Positions 1 to 7,552 of a stretch of 26,970 bases of DNA are shown in pieces (the stretch's first letter is position 1; every line of letters begins with the position of its first letter). Location: IMG/VR virus record IMGVR_UViG_3300028610_000695, positions 1 through 26,970 of that record; one strand, 5' to 3'. A program made the translations under genes and the position numbers. The stretch comes from a virus (taxonomy: Duplodnaviria; Caudoviricetes). The notes beneath the pieces were generated by a model. The model ran no database searches, was not told where the DNA came from, and was given only the letters and a program-made list of their open reading frames with translations.

Positions 1-444
1 GGCAAGTATTCAAAACGATTTAGCAATACACGCATAAAAGAGATCATGCAAGAGATGGAAGAGAACCCCCACCCTACCGACTTAACAGACGAGCTAGCAC
101 TACTTAGAGGTAAGCTTGCCTTAATCATTGAGAACCTAGATAAATTTGACGACATTATTGATAAGTTTGAGAATGAAGACTTCTTTAGCGCAGATGAGGC
201 TATGGCATGGAGGCAGGCAATACCGTCTATCAACAGCTCACGCCTCGAAGAATCAATAGCAAAAATAGCTAAGACCGAGCATGAAATAAAGGTAGGTATG
301 AAGATGGTTATCGAAGTACCGCAAATAGAGGACTTTATGATAAGGGTAAGTAGAGAAATAGGTAATCATGTCAAAGACAAGGCTACAAGGCGAGCAATCG
401 CAAGAGGAATCGAATCAGTACCACTTCTCACAGATAATAAGTGA
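1..444 (+). CDS. terS: Probable terminase small subunit, 5'-truncated
   Basis: Frame 1 is open from base 1 (GKYSKRFSNTRIKEI, then MQEM), so the gene starts before the window. The GKYSK segment resembles the HGxYS motif of many TerS proteins. Helical-looking protein directly upstream of and overlapping terL. Confidence 0.65.
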   Translation, partial: GKYSKRFSNTRIKEIMQEMEENPHPTDLTDELALLRGKLALIIENLDKFDDIIDKFENEDFFSADEAMAWRQAIPSINSSRLEESIAKIAKTEHEIKVGMKMVIEVPQIEDFMIRVSREIGNHVKDKATRRAIARGIESVPLLTDNK

Positions 445-1996
445 TACGCTTCTAGGTTTAGATGCACCACTAGGACATGCTGACGAGTGGGATAGGTGGT
501 CACTTAACCCTGTTGAATTCATCCGCGATACCGTAAAGATATTTGACCCTAACAGCTTACCTTCGATGTTCCGCTTTGAACTGTACGACTTTCAAGAATA
601 TGCAATCAATGAATCGGTAACGATTGAAGTAACTATTGATGGTCGCCGTATCTATATTGAGAATGTAATGTGGGAGAAATCAAGGCAGATGGGTATGTCA
701 TGGACTGGTATGGCTATACAGTTATGGGGCTTACTATTTGATAGTGGCTGGGCTTCTTTAAATCAGAACCGCAAGGAATCAAAAGTAGATGATGGAGGCG
801 AGGGAAGTACCACAGACTCCTTAATGGGTAAGCTACGTTTCATGTATGACAACCTCCCTGAATGGATTAAAGACTTCGCGCCGGTATCGTTCAAATTCTT
901 AGAGGCAAGGAATAGAAAGACAGGGGCATTCGTACACGGTGAATCAGCTAACGTCAACTCAGGGCGTGGCGGTACTTATAAGATGGTATTTCAAGATGAG
1001 GATGCTTTCATACCTGCCAGTGAGATAGTGTTTGCAGCGGTTAGACATGGCTGTAAGCGCGGTATTATTAAGAACTCGACACCTAACGGTAAAGGTAATT
1101 GTTTCTATCGTATAAAGCAGTTAGAAAAGACGACATTTAAGAAGCTACGTTTCCACTGGTCGCAGCATCCTGTCTTTGGTCACGATCAGAGCGTGGTAGA
1201 AGGAAAGATAACTAGCCCGTGGTATGAAATCCAATGCTCAGACATGACGGTAGAGGATATAGCACAAGAGCTTGATATTAGTTATGACAAGTCAGTACAG
1301 GCCAGAGTCTTTCCAGAGTTCTCACAGGAGCAGAACGTACTGCGTGACCCTTTCCAAAAGGCTTATGACCCTGAGAGGGCGCTACACCTAGACTTTGACT
1401 TCGGAGTTAGTGACCCTACCTCAGTTGGATTTATGCAGATGTACGATGACACGATGGTATATATCGCAGAGTATGAATCAAGCGGTATCGTATCAGTCCA
1501 TATAGAGGCCATTAAGGGCATTTTAAGCAGCATAGGCTATACAGGCAGGCGAGAAGACCTAGATTGTCATGGTGACCCGTCAGGCTCAAACACAGACCCT
1601 ATCACAGGAACATCGGTCATTGCGGAATATGCAGAACATGGTATAATAATAAACCACGAACAAACCGGCGTTAAAGCTGGTATTGATAAAGTAAGAGTGA
1701 GGCTCAAGCAGCGAAAGATATTAGTAAACGAATCATGCCTACACACTATCAACTGTTTTGAAAATTGCAGATGGAGAACGGATAAGGCAGGAGGTGTCGT
1801 ACCTGGACAAACAAAGTATTTACATGATTGGACATCACACGCAATGGACAGGATAAGATACAAGGTAATGATATTATTCCCAACCGAGGATAACAGCGAG
1901 GATGCCTTCTTACAATTTATGAGGGAAGAGGTAGAGGCAGGCGTTATCAATCCAGGGATGGGGACTACGGCGATGCTAGAGGGATTGGAGGAATAG
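368..1996 (+). CDS. terL: Terminase large subunit (ATPase plus RNase H-like nuclease)
   Basis: Walker A-like EKSRQMGMSW, GRGG before Walker B VFQDEDAF, coupling motif STPNGKGNCFY, nuclease acidic motifs LDFDFG, HGDPSG and HAMDRIRY. Confidence 0.95.
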   Translation: MSKTRLQGEQSQEESNQYHFSQIISDTLLGLDAPLGHADEWDRWSLNPVEFIRDTVKIFDPNSLPSMFRFELYDFQEYAINESVTIEVTIDGRRIYIENVMWEKSRQMGMSWTGMAIQLWGLLFDSGWASLNQNRKESKVDDGGEGSTTDSLMGKLRFMYDNLPEWIKDFAPVSFKFLEARNRKTGAFVHGESANVNSGRGGTYKMVFQDEDAFIPASEIVFAAVRHGCKRGIIKNSTPNGKGNCFYRIKQLEKTTFKKLRFHWSQHPVFGHDQSVVEGKITSPWYEIQCSDMTVEDIAQELDISYDKSVQARVFPEFSQEQNVLRDPFQKAYDPERALHLDFDFGVSDPTSVGFMQMYDDTMVYIAEYESSGIVSVHIEAIKGILSSIGYTGRREDLDCHGDPSGSNTDPITGTSVIAEYAEHGIIINHEQTGVKAGIDKVRVRLKQRKILVNESCLHTINCFENCRWRTDKAGGVVPGQTKYLHDWTSHAMDRIRYKVMILFPTEDNSEDAFLQFMREEVEAGVINPGMGTTAMLEGLEE

Positions 1997-2202
1997 TGAA
2001 TGACCAGTACATAGCTTTAATAGGACAAGAAGAATTCAATAAACAATTAAGAGACGATAGGGGTAGGTTAATAAAAATGAGATGGATGGGAAGAAAAATT
2101 GGACTTAAACCCATAAAGCCATCAAAAAATGCCAGCTCGACTATATACCAACAGGGAACTATTAGCATAAAGGAGGATAATGAGATACAAGGGACGGCAT
2201 AG
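1996..2202 (+). CDS. Hypothetical small phage protein
   Basis: GTG start overlapping the terL stop, preceded by GGAGG. Confidence 0.55.
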   Translation: MNDQYIALIGQEEFNKQLRDDRGRLIKMRWMGRKIGLKPIKPSKNASSTIYQQGTISIKEDNEIQGTA

Positions 2203-2386
2203 AAAGAAAGGGCTAGTAGGCCATTTAATCAGGCAAGGCAGTTATGCAAGAATGTTTAGATCATATCCAGCAACGGGTTTTTGTTTCAGTTCAAGAATTG
2301 GAAGAAAGTATTATGACCGTTATCTTAGAGCGTATGGGATACTGAGTAGATTGGGAATATTTATGTACTATGTGAGAAAAGCTTAA
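2180..2386 (+). CDS. Hypothetical small basic protein
   Basis: Strong SD (AAGGAGG) upstream of ATG 2180; Arg/Tyr-rich. Confidence 0.55.
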   Translation: MRYKGRHRKKGLVGHLIRQGSYARMFRSYPATGFCFSSRIGRKYYDRYLRAYGILSRLGIFMYYVRKA

Positions 2387-2569
2387 ATGCCAACCTACGA
2401 ATACACCTGTGAGAATAAGGATTGCGAACTAGAAAGCATTGAGAGAATAGCTAGGGTAGCCGATAGAGGTAAAGCTAAGTGCTATTGCGGTCAGCCCCTC
2501 AAGCTAAAGATATCACTAAGCTATCTTGACAGATCAGGGATACCGAGTAGGAATGTGAGGGAGGAATAA
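2387..2569 (+). CDS. FmdB-family zinc-ribbon protein
   Basis: MPTYEYTCxxxxC...KCYCG...LKLKIS matches the MPxYEYxC..C / C(xx)CG..KxxS pattern of FmdB-type zinc ribbons common in phages. Confidence 0.8.
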   Translation: MPTYEYTCENKDCELESIERIARVADRGKAKCYCGQPLKLKISLSYLDRSGIPSRNVREE

Positions 2570-2571
2570 GA

Positions 2572-3009
2572 ATGGAACAATATAAACAAATGTATGTAGT
2601 AGGCCAGCGAATAGACGACAAGGAATGGCATATACAGGGAGTCTTCGACGATAAGCAAATGGCCGAGGATGCTTGTAGAACTGTTGATTATTTCGTGGGC
2701 CCGTTAGTTCTTAACAACAACCTACCGCATGAGAAGGTTGACTGGGAAGGGTGCTGGTATCCGAGGCATGATGAGGCGGAGCCGGTTGACACTGAGAAGG
2801 GATGCTTGCGTCACGATGGGATAGTGAGGCCGTGGAGATGCGAAAACGGAAGTCAGCATTCTGATAGGTGTTGTGACACTTGTTGGAACGACCATCCAGA
2901 CGACAGGTTTAAGATGGGTCGAAAAGACAGGGAAACACGGGCGAAGGCTATGGAAGTTTGGAAATACGAGAGAAACAATACACTTACTTTTAGAGTGAAA
3001 GGAAAGTAA
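2572..3009 (+). CDS. Hypothetical phage protein with Cys-rich C-terminal half
   Basis: GGAGG SD; 145-aa ORF; WHIQGVFD..AEDAC N-terminal segment, then C..H/CCxxC cluster. Confidence 0.7.
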   Translation: MEQYKQMYVVGQRIDDKEWHIQGVFDDKQMAEDACRTVDYFVGPLVLNNNLPHEKVDWEGCWYPRHDEAEPVDTEKGCLRHDGIVRPWRCENGSQHSDRCCDTCWNDHPDDRFKMGRKDRETRAKAMEVWKYERNNTLTFRVKGK

Positions 3010-3084
3010 TCTATCCCGTCGGTGGAGATAGTTGAATTAGTAAAGCTCACAGCATTGACAATCAAGCAGTAAAAGGGGAGGGAA

Positions 3085-3342
3085 ATGACAGCAACATCAA
3101 GTAGCAGAGGGAATCGTTTAACGTATAACGAAGAAACGGACAAATATTATTACGATGATGGAACGGAATATCAATACAATGATAAAGTTCCATGCGCTAA
3201 TTGTGGAGAAGCCCCAACCAAAGAAGGGCATGATGCTTGTCTAGGAACTCTTAAGGGCGTAGAGTTTGCTTGCTGTGGTCATGGAGTAGAGCCAGGGTAT
3301 GTAGTAAGGGAAGGGCAAGTAAGGCCGGAGGTATTGAAATGA
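3085..3342 (+). CDS. Hypothetical metal-binding phage protein
   Basis: GGAGG SD; CxxCG...GHDACLGTL..V..ACCGHG Cys/His pattern. Confidence 0.75.
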   Translation: MTATSSSRGNRLTYNEETDKYYYDDGTEYQYNDKVPCANCGEAPTKEGHDACLGTLKGVEFACCGHGVEPGYVVREGQVRPEVLK

Positions 3343-3506
3343 AAGAACAAATAATACAAGCCAATATAGAAACTTTAAAAAGTATTGAGAAGAAAGTTTT
3401 AGAAGAAAAACGTAATCCTCTTTATGGGAAACTTCTCTATGGAGACCCAAACAGAAAACGACCGACGTTGTTTAATTGTCGATGTTCAATAAAAGTGGAG
3501 GAATAG
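3339..3506 (+). CDS. Hypothetical protein (start reassigned to ATG 3339)
   Basis: GGAGGT SD and ATGA overlap with the upstream stop; MKEQIIQAN... Confidence 0.6.
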   Translation: MKEQIIQANIETLKSIEKKVLEEKRNPLYGKLLYGDPNRKRPTLFNCRCSIKVEE

Positions 3507-3508
3507 AC

Positions 3509-3631
3509 ATGGAAATAAAAGTATTTATTTGTGATTTAGATAGGCTATGTGACCATTTCACCGAACACGATTGCGATATTAAAGAAGAAGAAAACTGTAA
3601 ATCAGTTGTTGCAATCATTAAGGATGAGTAA
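3509..3631 (+). CDS. Hypothetical 40-aa Cys-rich protein (not in ORF track)
   Basis: GGAGG SD; MEIKVFICDLDRLCDHFTEHDCDIKEEENCKSVVAIIKDE; fills the gap between neighbours. Confidence 0.55.
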   Translation: MEIKVFICDLDRLCDHFTEHDCDIKEEENCKSVVAIIKDE

Positions 3632-3758
3632 AGTGAGCGACATATACAAGCTTCTAAGAACACTAAACACACTAAAGGCAATCGGAAATGGTAAGATATT
3701 CAATAGGGTAATAAACATATTTATCGGTCGAGGCGTTGGCAGGATGTGGCGGAGATGA
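3624..3758 (+). CDS. Hypothetical 44-aa basic amphipathic protein
   Basis: MSKVSDIYKLLRTLNTLKAIGNGKIFNRVINIFIGRGVGRMWRR; overlaps both neighbours, as expected for translational coupling. Confidence 0.55.
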   Translation: MSKVSDIYKLLRTLNTLKAIGNGKIFNRVINIFIGRGVGRMWRR

Positions 3759-3940
3759 CACTAACCAAGTGCAAAGTAAACGGCTTATCCAGAATGTATC
3801 AACCTCAAACCATAGGCCAGCTATTAAAGCGTTACCAAGACAACCCCGATCATGTCATACTAAACGGAGAGATAACTAAGGACTTCGATTACTTGATACG
3901 GGAGAAAGATAGCATTGATTGGCAAGGGGATAAGGGATGA
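3755..3940 (+). CDS. ThiS/MoaD-like (ubiquitin-like beta-grasp) protein ending in a single Gly
   Basis: KVNG...TIGQLL...VILNGEI...YLIREKDSID follows the ThiS pattern; ends QGDKG rather than GG; ATGA overlap at the start. Confidence 0.65.
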   Translation: MTLTKCKVNGLSRMYQPQTIGQLLKRYQDNPDHVILNGEITKDFDYLIREKDSIDWQGDKG

Positions 3941-4113
3941 AAGAAGAAACATATCCAGTTAGTTTAAAAACATATATTGAGGAATGTTCTGGTGAGTGTC
4001 ATAGACCTTGTAGACCTATTGATCGACCTAGAATGAAGATAGATGGTAAAGAGGTATTTGTTAAGCAGAAGATAATTTATGCAAGTATTACCGACCACCC
4101 AACCAAGGAGTAG
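3937..4113 (+). CDS. Hypothetical 58-aa protein (not in ORF track)
   Basis: ATGA overlap; MKEETYPVSLKTYIEECSGECHRPCRP...DHPTKE. Confidence 0.55.
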   Translation: MKEETYPVSLKTYIEECSGECHRPCRPIDRPRMKIDGKEVFVKQKIIYASITDHPTKE

Positions 4114-4318
4114 ATGATGGCAGACATTTGAAGAAAATGAAAGGTTTAAAGTAGAATATAAAAAAGAACGTGTGTTTAAGCCTTATCAAATCATAGATAA
4201 TGATTCTGATACTGATATAGATTTAGTAGATTCTTATGTGACTAAGGACGAAGCGTTGCTTAATAGAGATAGATTAAATAGAGTTTACACAGAGGGACTA
4301 ATAACGGGCAGGCTTTAA
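4114..4318 (+). pseudogene. Small gene apparently broken by a frameshift near its start
   Basis: AAGGAG SD then ATG ATG GCA GAC ATT TGA (5 codons); the +1 frame is open from 4118 to 4318 (WQTFEENERFKVEY...GLITGRL) with no start at its 5' end. Confidence 0.4.
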
Positions 4319-4343
4319 GGGCTAACACTAAAGGAGTAGAGGG

Positions 4344-4622
4344 ATGAAGTACAGAAAGAAACCAGTAACAATTGAAGCAGTTGAATTTACTGGAACTAAC
4401 TATGACGAGTGTATTGAATTCTGCGAGAACTCGTATTGTCCAGACTCCCGTGAGGTAGGGTATCGAGACGAGAGCCTCATTATTAAGACTCTTGAAGGAG
4501 AAATGCTTTGCAATGTCGGAGACTTTATCATTAAAGGTGTTGAGGGTGAGTTTTATCCTTGCAAGCCAAGTGTCTTTGACAAAACTTATGTAGCCCTCTC
4601 CAACCAAAAGGAGAAGTCGTGA
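4344..4622 (+). CDS. Conserved small phage protein (PGDYG-like family)
   Basis: KYRKKPVTIEAV...IKTLEG...GDFIIKGVEGEFYPCKPSVFDKTY, a very widespread phage protein pattern; AAGGAG SD. Confidence 0.85.
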   Translation: MKYRKKPVTIEAVEFTGTNYDECIEFCENSYCPDSREVGYRDESLIIKTLEGEMLCNVGDFIIKGVEGEFYPCKPSVFDKTYVALSNQKEKS

Positions 4623-4837
4623 GTAAAGATGAACAAATAAGCTGGAGAGTACCGACACTATTAACACTAGAGTGTTTTCCAGGTAAACAATACTTAGATG
4701 AAAAATATCGTACTGAGCCGATACCTAAAGAGTTATTGAAGCCTGATTATTCAAGCGTTCCAATGGCTGAAGAAATGATAAAAGTTTGTAAGAAAAGACT
4801 TGAAAATAAGTTTGGAATTTCTTTTAAGGAAAAGTAG
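4619..4837 (+). CDS. Hypothetical protein
   Basis: AAGGAG SD, GTGA overlap. Confidence 0.6.
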   Translation: MSKDEQISWRVPTLLTLECFPGKQYLDEKYRTEPIPKELLKPDYSSVPMAEEMIKVCKKRLENKFGISFKEK

Positions 4838-4842
4838 GGGTA

Positions 4843-4923
4843 ATGGCTAACTATCTAAAGTTTTTGAAATCATATAATAAATTTATTGAGGGTTATAAGT
4901 TATTTCTGACTAACCAACCCTAA
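4843..4923 (+). CDS. Possible 26-aa peptide
   Basis: GGGG SD-like; MANYLKFLKSYNKFIEGYKLFLTNQP. Confidence 0.35.
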   Translation: MANYLKFLKSYNKFIEGYKLFLTNQP

Positions 4924-4947
4924 CCGCTTTAAGGGAAAGGAGAGATT

Positions 4948-5292
4948 ATGGATAGAAAGAGATTTATAAAAACGCTAGGCATAGGCGCTGTAGCTATATT
5001 TGTTATGCCTGTAGAGCTATTAGCGGAACGAACGCCAGCCATAGAAGAAGTCGCAACACAAGACAAGTGTGATTATTGTGATAAAGAAATAACTAAAGAT
5101 TATTGCTTCATTAAGGAAGGTGGTGAAATATACCAAGTTCATTATGAACATAAAGGCAAAAAGGATTGCTTGTATGGACAGTGGGATAAATTAGGAGTAA
5201 TTGTTGAAGAGAGCGTTTGGAGTGTCGAAATGGATACTAGCGGTAAGCATTTTGTATTCGAGTTGAGTAAAGACAACACTAAGGCTGAATGA
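4948..5292 (+). CDS. Hypothetical protein with Tat-like signal peptide and CxxC/H/C metal site
   Basis: MDRKRFIKTLGIGAVAIFVMPVELLA resembles (S/T)RRxFLK plus an h-region; CDYC...H...C; AAGGAG SD. Confidence 0.65.
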   Translation: MDRKRFIKTLGIGAVAIFVMPVELLAERTPAIEEVATQDKCDYCDKEITKDYCFIKEGGEIYQVHYEHKGKKDCLYGQWDKLGVIVEESVWSVEMDTSGKHFVFELSKDNTKAE

Positions 5293-5489
5293 CCATGAAT
5301 GAATGCTACTGCCTAAAGGAAAACGAAAGACCAATCAAATGCGGGGATAAATGCCCTAGAGTATTCGGCCTTGAGAATATGCTTAACAACCGAGAGATCA
5401 TTGATAACATGGACGAAGAGGATATTGAGAAAGCTCAGATTGAATTCTTAAAACAGCTAGTGCCATGCCATCATCAGTATTGGGTTTAG
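5289..5489 (+). CDS. Hypothetical Cys-containing protein
   Basis: ATGA overlap; CYC...CGDKCP...PCHH. Confidence 0.6.
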   Translation: MTMNECYCLKENERPIKCGDKCPRVFGLENMLNNREIIDNMDEEDIEKAQIEFLKQLVPCHHQYWV

Positions 5490-5579
5490 ATGAATAGGCG
5501 ATTTGGGTTAGTGGTTATTTCATGTTTGCTAATTGATGTGGTGATAGGTTATTATATTTGCGATATTCTACTTAGGTGA
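5490..5579 (+). CDS. Possible 29-aa single-TM peptide
   Basis: MNRRFGLVVISCLLIDVVIGYYICDILLR, immediately after the upstream stop. Confidence 0.35.
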   Translation: MNRRFGLVVISCLLIDVVIGYYICDILLR

Positions 5580-5586
5580 ATATGAT
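5558..5586 (+). promoter_or_regulatory. Putative sigma70-type promoter
   Basis: TTGCGA (5558-5563), 17 nt, TATGAT (5581-5586). Confidence 0.5.
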
Positions 5587-5618
5587 AATCCTTAAACGTG
5601 AACAGCATAAGAATACGG

Positions 5619-5643
5619 AGTCAGTCGAAAGGCTGACTATTTT
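5619..5643 (+). terminator. Putative intrinsic terminator or attenuator hairpin
   Basis: AGTCAGTC-GAAA-GGCTGACT (8-bp stem with one G-U, GNRA loop) followed by ATTTT; the U-tract is short. Confidence 0.55.
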
Positions 5644-5658
5644 AATGGAAGGTATCAG

Positions 5659-5847
5659 ATGGAATGTGTGATATCAAACGATGCTCTAGAGTTTCTACGG
5701 AGTACAGGAGTTCCGATAAAGGGAAGCAAGGTATACAACATCAAGATTGAACCCATTAACTTTGACGCTAAAGAAGATATCAAAACAATAGCAGGTAAGA
5801 TTAAAACAAAGATGACAAGGGATGAACATGGTTCTGGTTGTATCTAA
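5659..5847 (+). CDS. Hypothetical protein
   Basis: GGAAGGT SD-like; 62 aa. Confidence 0.55.
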   Translation: MECVISNDALEFLRSTGVPIKGSKVYNIKIEPINFDAKEDIKTIAGKIKTKMTRDEHGSGCI

Positions 5848-5879
5848 AGAGATTATGGACATTATAACGAGTCCGCCTA

Positions 5880-7550
5880 ATGTCTAGGTTCCAAGGATTT
5901 CTTGAAGCAATAGGTATGTCCACCGTTTTGGAGGGCATGGGATTTGTTAAGGTTGATGAGGAAGCTGATAAAGCAGCCTCACTAGAGCGTATTCACGGGG
6001 CGATGGGGCCAGGAGAAGGATATGCGTTTGACCCTCAGAGATATCGAACATCGTTTAATAAGGGTAAGAGCGTAGAGCTAGCAGGACGGTTAAGCCCTCA
6101 GCAACTTAGAAAGCTATGCACTATCTATCCCATTGCAAGGGCTTGTATCAATTTAAGGTCATCTCAGATTACTCAATTAGATTATCGGATAATCAGCCGG
6201 ACGGATGCTAAGAAGCAAGCACCGGAAGCTATTAGTAATTTCTTTAGAACAGGACTAGGCAGCGGGGAAAGGTTTAGGCACTGGATAGATAAGTGCTTAG
6301 AGGATTTAATGTGTTTAGATGCAGTGACGATTGAAAAGCAAAGACAGGTAAACGGAAAGATAGTAGCGTACCTACCTATTGATTCAGCCACAATAAGACG
6401 AGTAGTGACCGAGGCAGGCTTTACCCCTCAACCTCCTGATAACGCATATGAGCAGATTATCAGAGGCGAGAAGATAGCCGAGTGGACTAAAGAAGAAATG
6501 ATATACGATATGTTGAACCCTAAGACTCACGGCCCTTATGGAACCGCACCGATGGAAAGTCTTATCTTAGTCGTAACAGGAGCATTAAAGGCAGATAGCT
6601 ATAATCTCTCATTCCTAACAGAGGGCAACGTGCCAGAGGGCTTAATATTCCTTGATGAGTCAATCAGCAAAGACCCTGCTAAGCTAAAGCAATATCAAAA
6701 CTGGTTCGATTTGTTTCAAGCGGGCGATCATAAGATGATGAGACGTTTAAAGATGATGCCTAAAGGTAATTACGTTCCCACCAAGAAACCCGAGGATATG
6801 GCATTTGAGGAATTTCAATTATGGCTACTTAGAAATACCTGTGCAATGTTCGGGGTTATGCCTGACGCTATCGGCTTTACAATGGACGTTAATAGGGCGC
6901 AGGGGCAACGTAACGAAAAACAAGGGGTAGATAAAGGACTTCTACCGCTGGCTAACTTCTTTAAGGAGATATTCGATGACATCCTTTTTGAGATGGGCGC
7001 AGGCGAATGGACATGGAAGTGGACTTCACTTGATATCAGGGATAGAGATATTGAATCTAAGATAGCTGCAAGGATGATACCGCTGGGAGCAATGAAGATA
7101 GGGGAATGGCGAGAGAAAGAGGAACTAGAGCCAGTTGATATACCTTTATTTATGAAGACAGCATCGGGGCCGGTATTCTTCGACGACCTAATCAATAATG
7201 GAAGTACAACAGTTTCAGGCTTAGACGCTCAGCGAGGGGAACTAGAGAAGTGGCAAAAGAAAGCTCTCAACGATTTCAATAGGGGAATGGTCAAGCGGGA
7301 ATTCCAATCAGACGTTTTACCGAAAGAAATAATGATAGAGATACAAAACGACTTAAAGCGAGTAGATAATAAGTCAGATATCAAAGAACTGTTTAAACGC
7401 TTTCTAAGCTTAGATGGAAAGAAGTTAATGGCAAAGACCGACAATGATGTTATTCGTGTAGCAGAGGACTTGTATAGTTCACTGACACAGTACCAGCACG
7501 AGAGGGATACACCCTCGGTGGTCATGGTGGAGCAGAACAGAGAAGAATAG
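5880..7550 (+). CDS. Phage portal protein with C-terminal extension
   Basis: ARACINLRSSQITQL, LEDLMCLDA, YLPIDSATIR, PYGTAPMESL, FLTEGNVPEG and CAMFGVMPDAIG follow HK97-type portal motifs; downstream of terL. Confidence 0.93.
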   Translation: MSRFQGFLEAIGMSTVLEGMGFVKVDEEADKAASLERIHGAMGPGEGYAFDPQRYRTSFNKGKSVELAGRLSPQQLRKLCTIYPIARACINLRSSQITQLDYRIISRTDAKKQAPEAISNFFRTGLGSGERFRHWIDKCLEDLMCLDAVTIEKQRQVNGKIVAYLPIDSATIRRVVTEAGFTPQPPDNAYEQIIRGEKIAEWTKEEMIYDMLNPKTHGPYGTAPMESLILVVTGALKADSYNLSFLTEGNVPEGLIFLDESISKDPAKLKQYQNWFDLFQAGDHKMMRRLKMMPKGNYVPTKKPEDMAFEEFQLWLLRNTCAMFGVMPDAIGFTMDVNRAQGQRNEKQGVDKGLLPLANFFKEIFDDILFEMGAGEWTWKWTSLDIRDRDIESKIAARMIPLGAMKIGEWREKEELEPVDIPLFMKTASGPVFFDDLINNGSTTVSGLDAQRGELEKWQKKALNDFNRGMVKREFQSDVLPKEIMIEIQNDLKRVDNKSDIKELFKRFLSLDGKKLMAKTDNDVIRVAEDLYSSLTQYQHERDTPSVVMVEQNREE

Positions 7551-7552
7551 TA

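Noticed and set aside
368-444. terS/terL 77-nt overlap as a programmed frameshift
   Set aside because: No slippery heptamer is evident, ATG 368 has an AGGT SD-like element, and terS/terL overlaps are common.
3055-3085. Perfect TTGACA -35 box
   Set aside because: No -10-like hexamer 16-18 nt downstream (GAGGGA region).
5590-5660. Riboswitch (e.g. c-di-GMP-I), suggested by the GAAA tetraloop
   Set aside because: Only one hairpin; no second stem, receptor or conserved aptamer nucleotides are recognisable.
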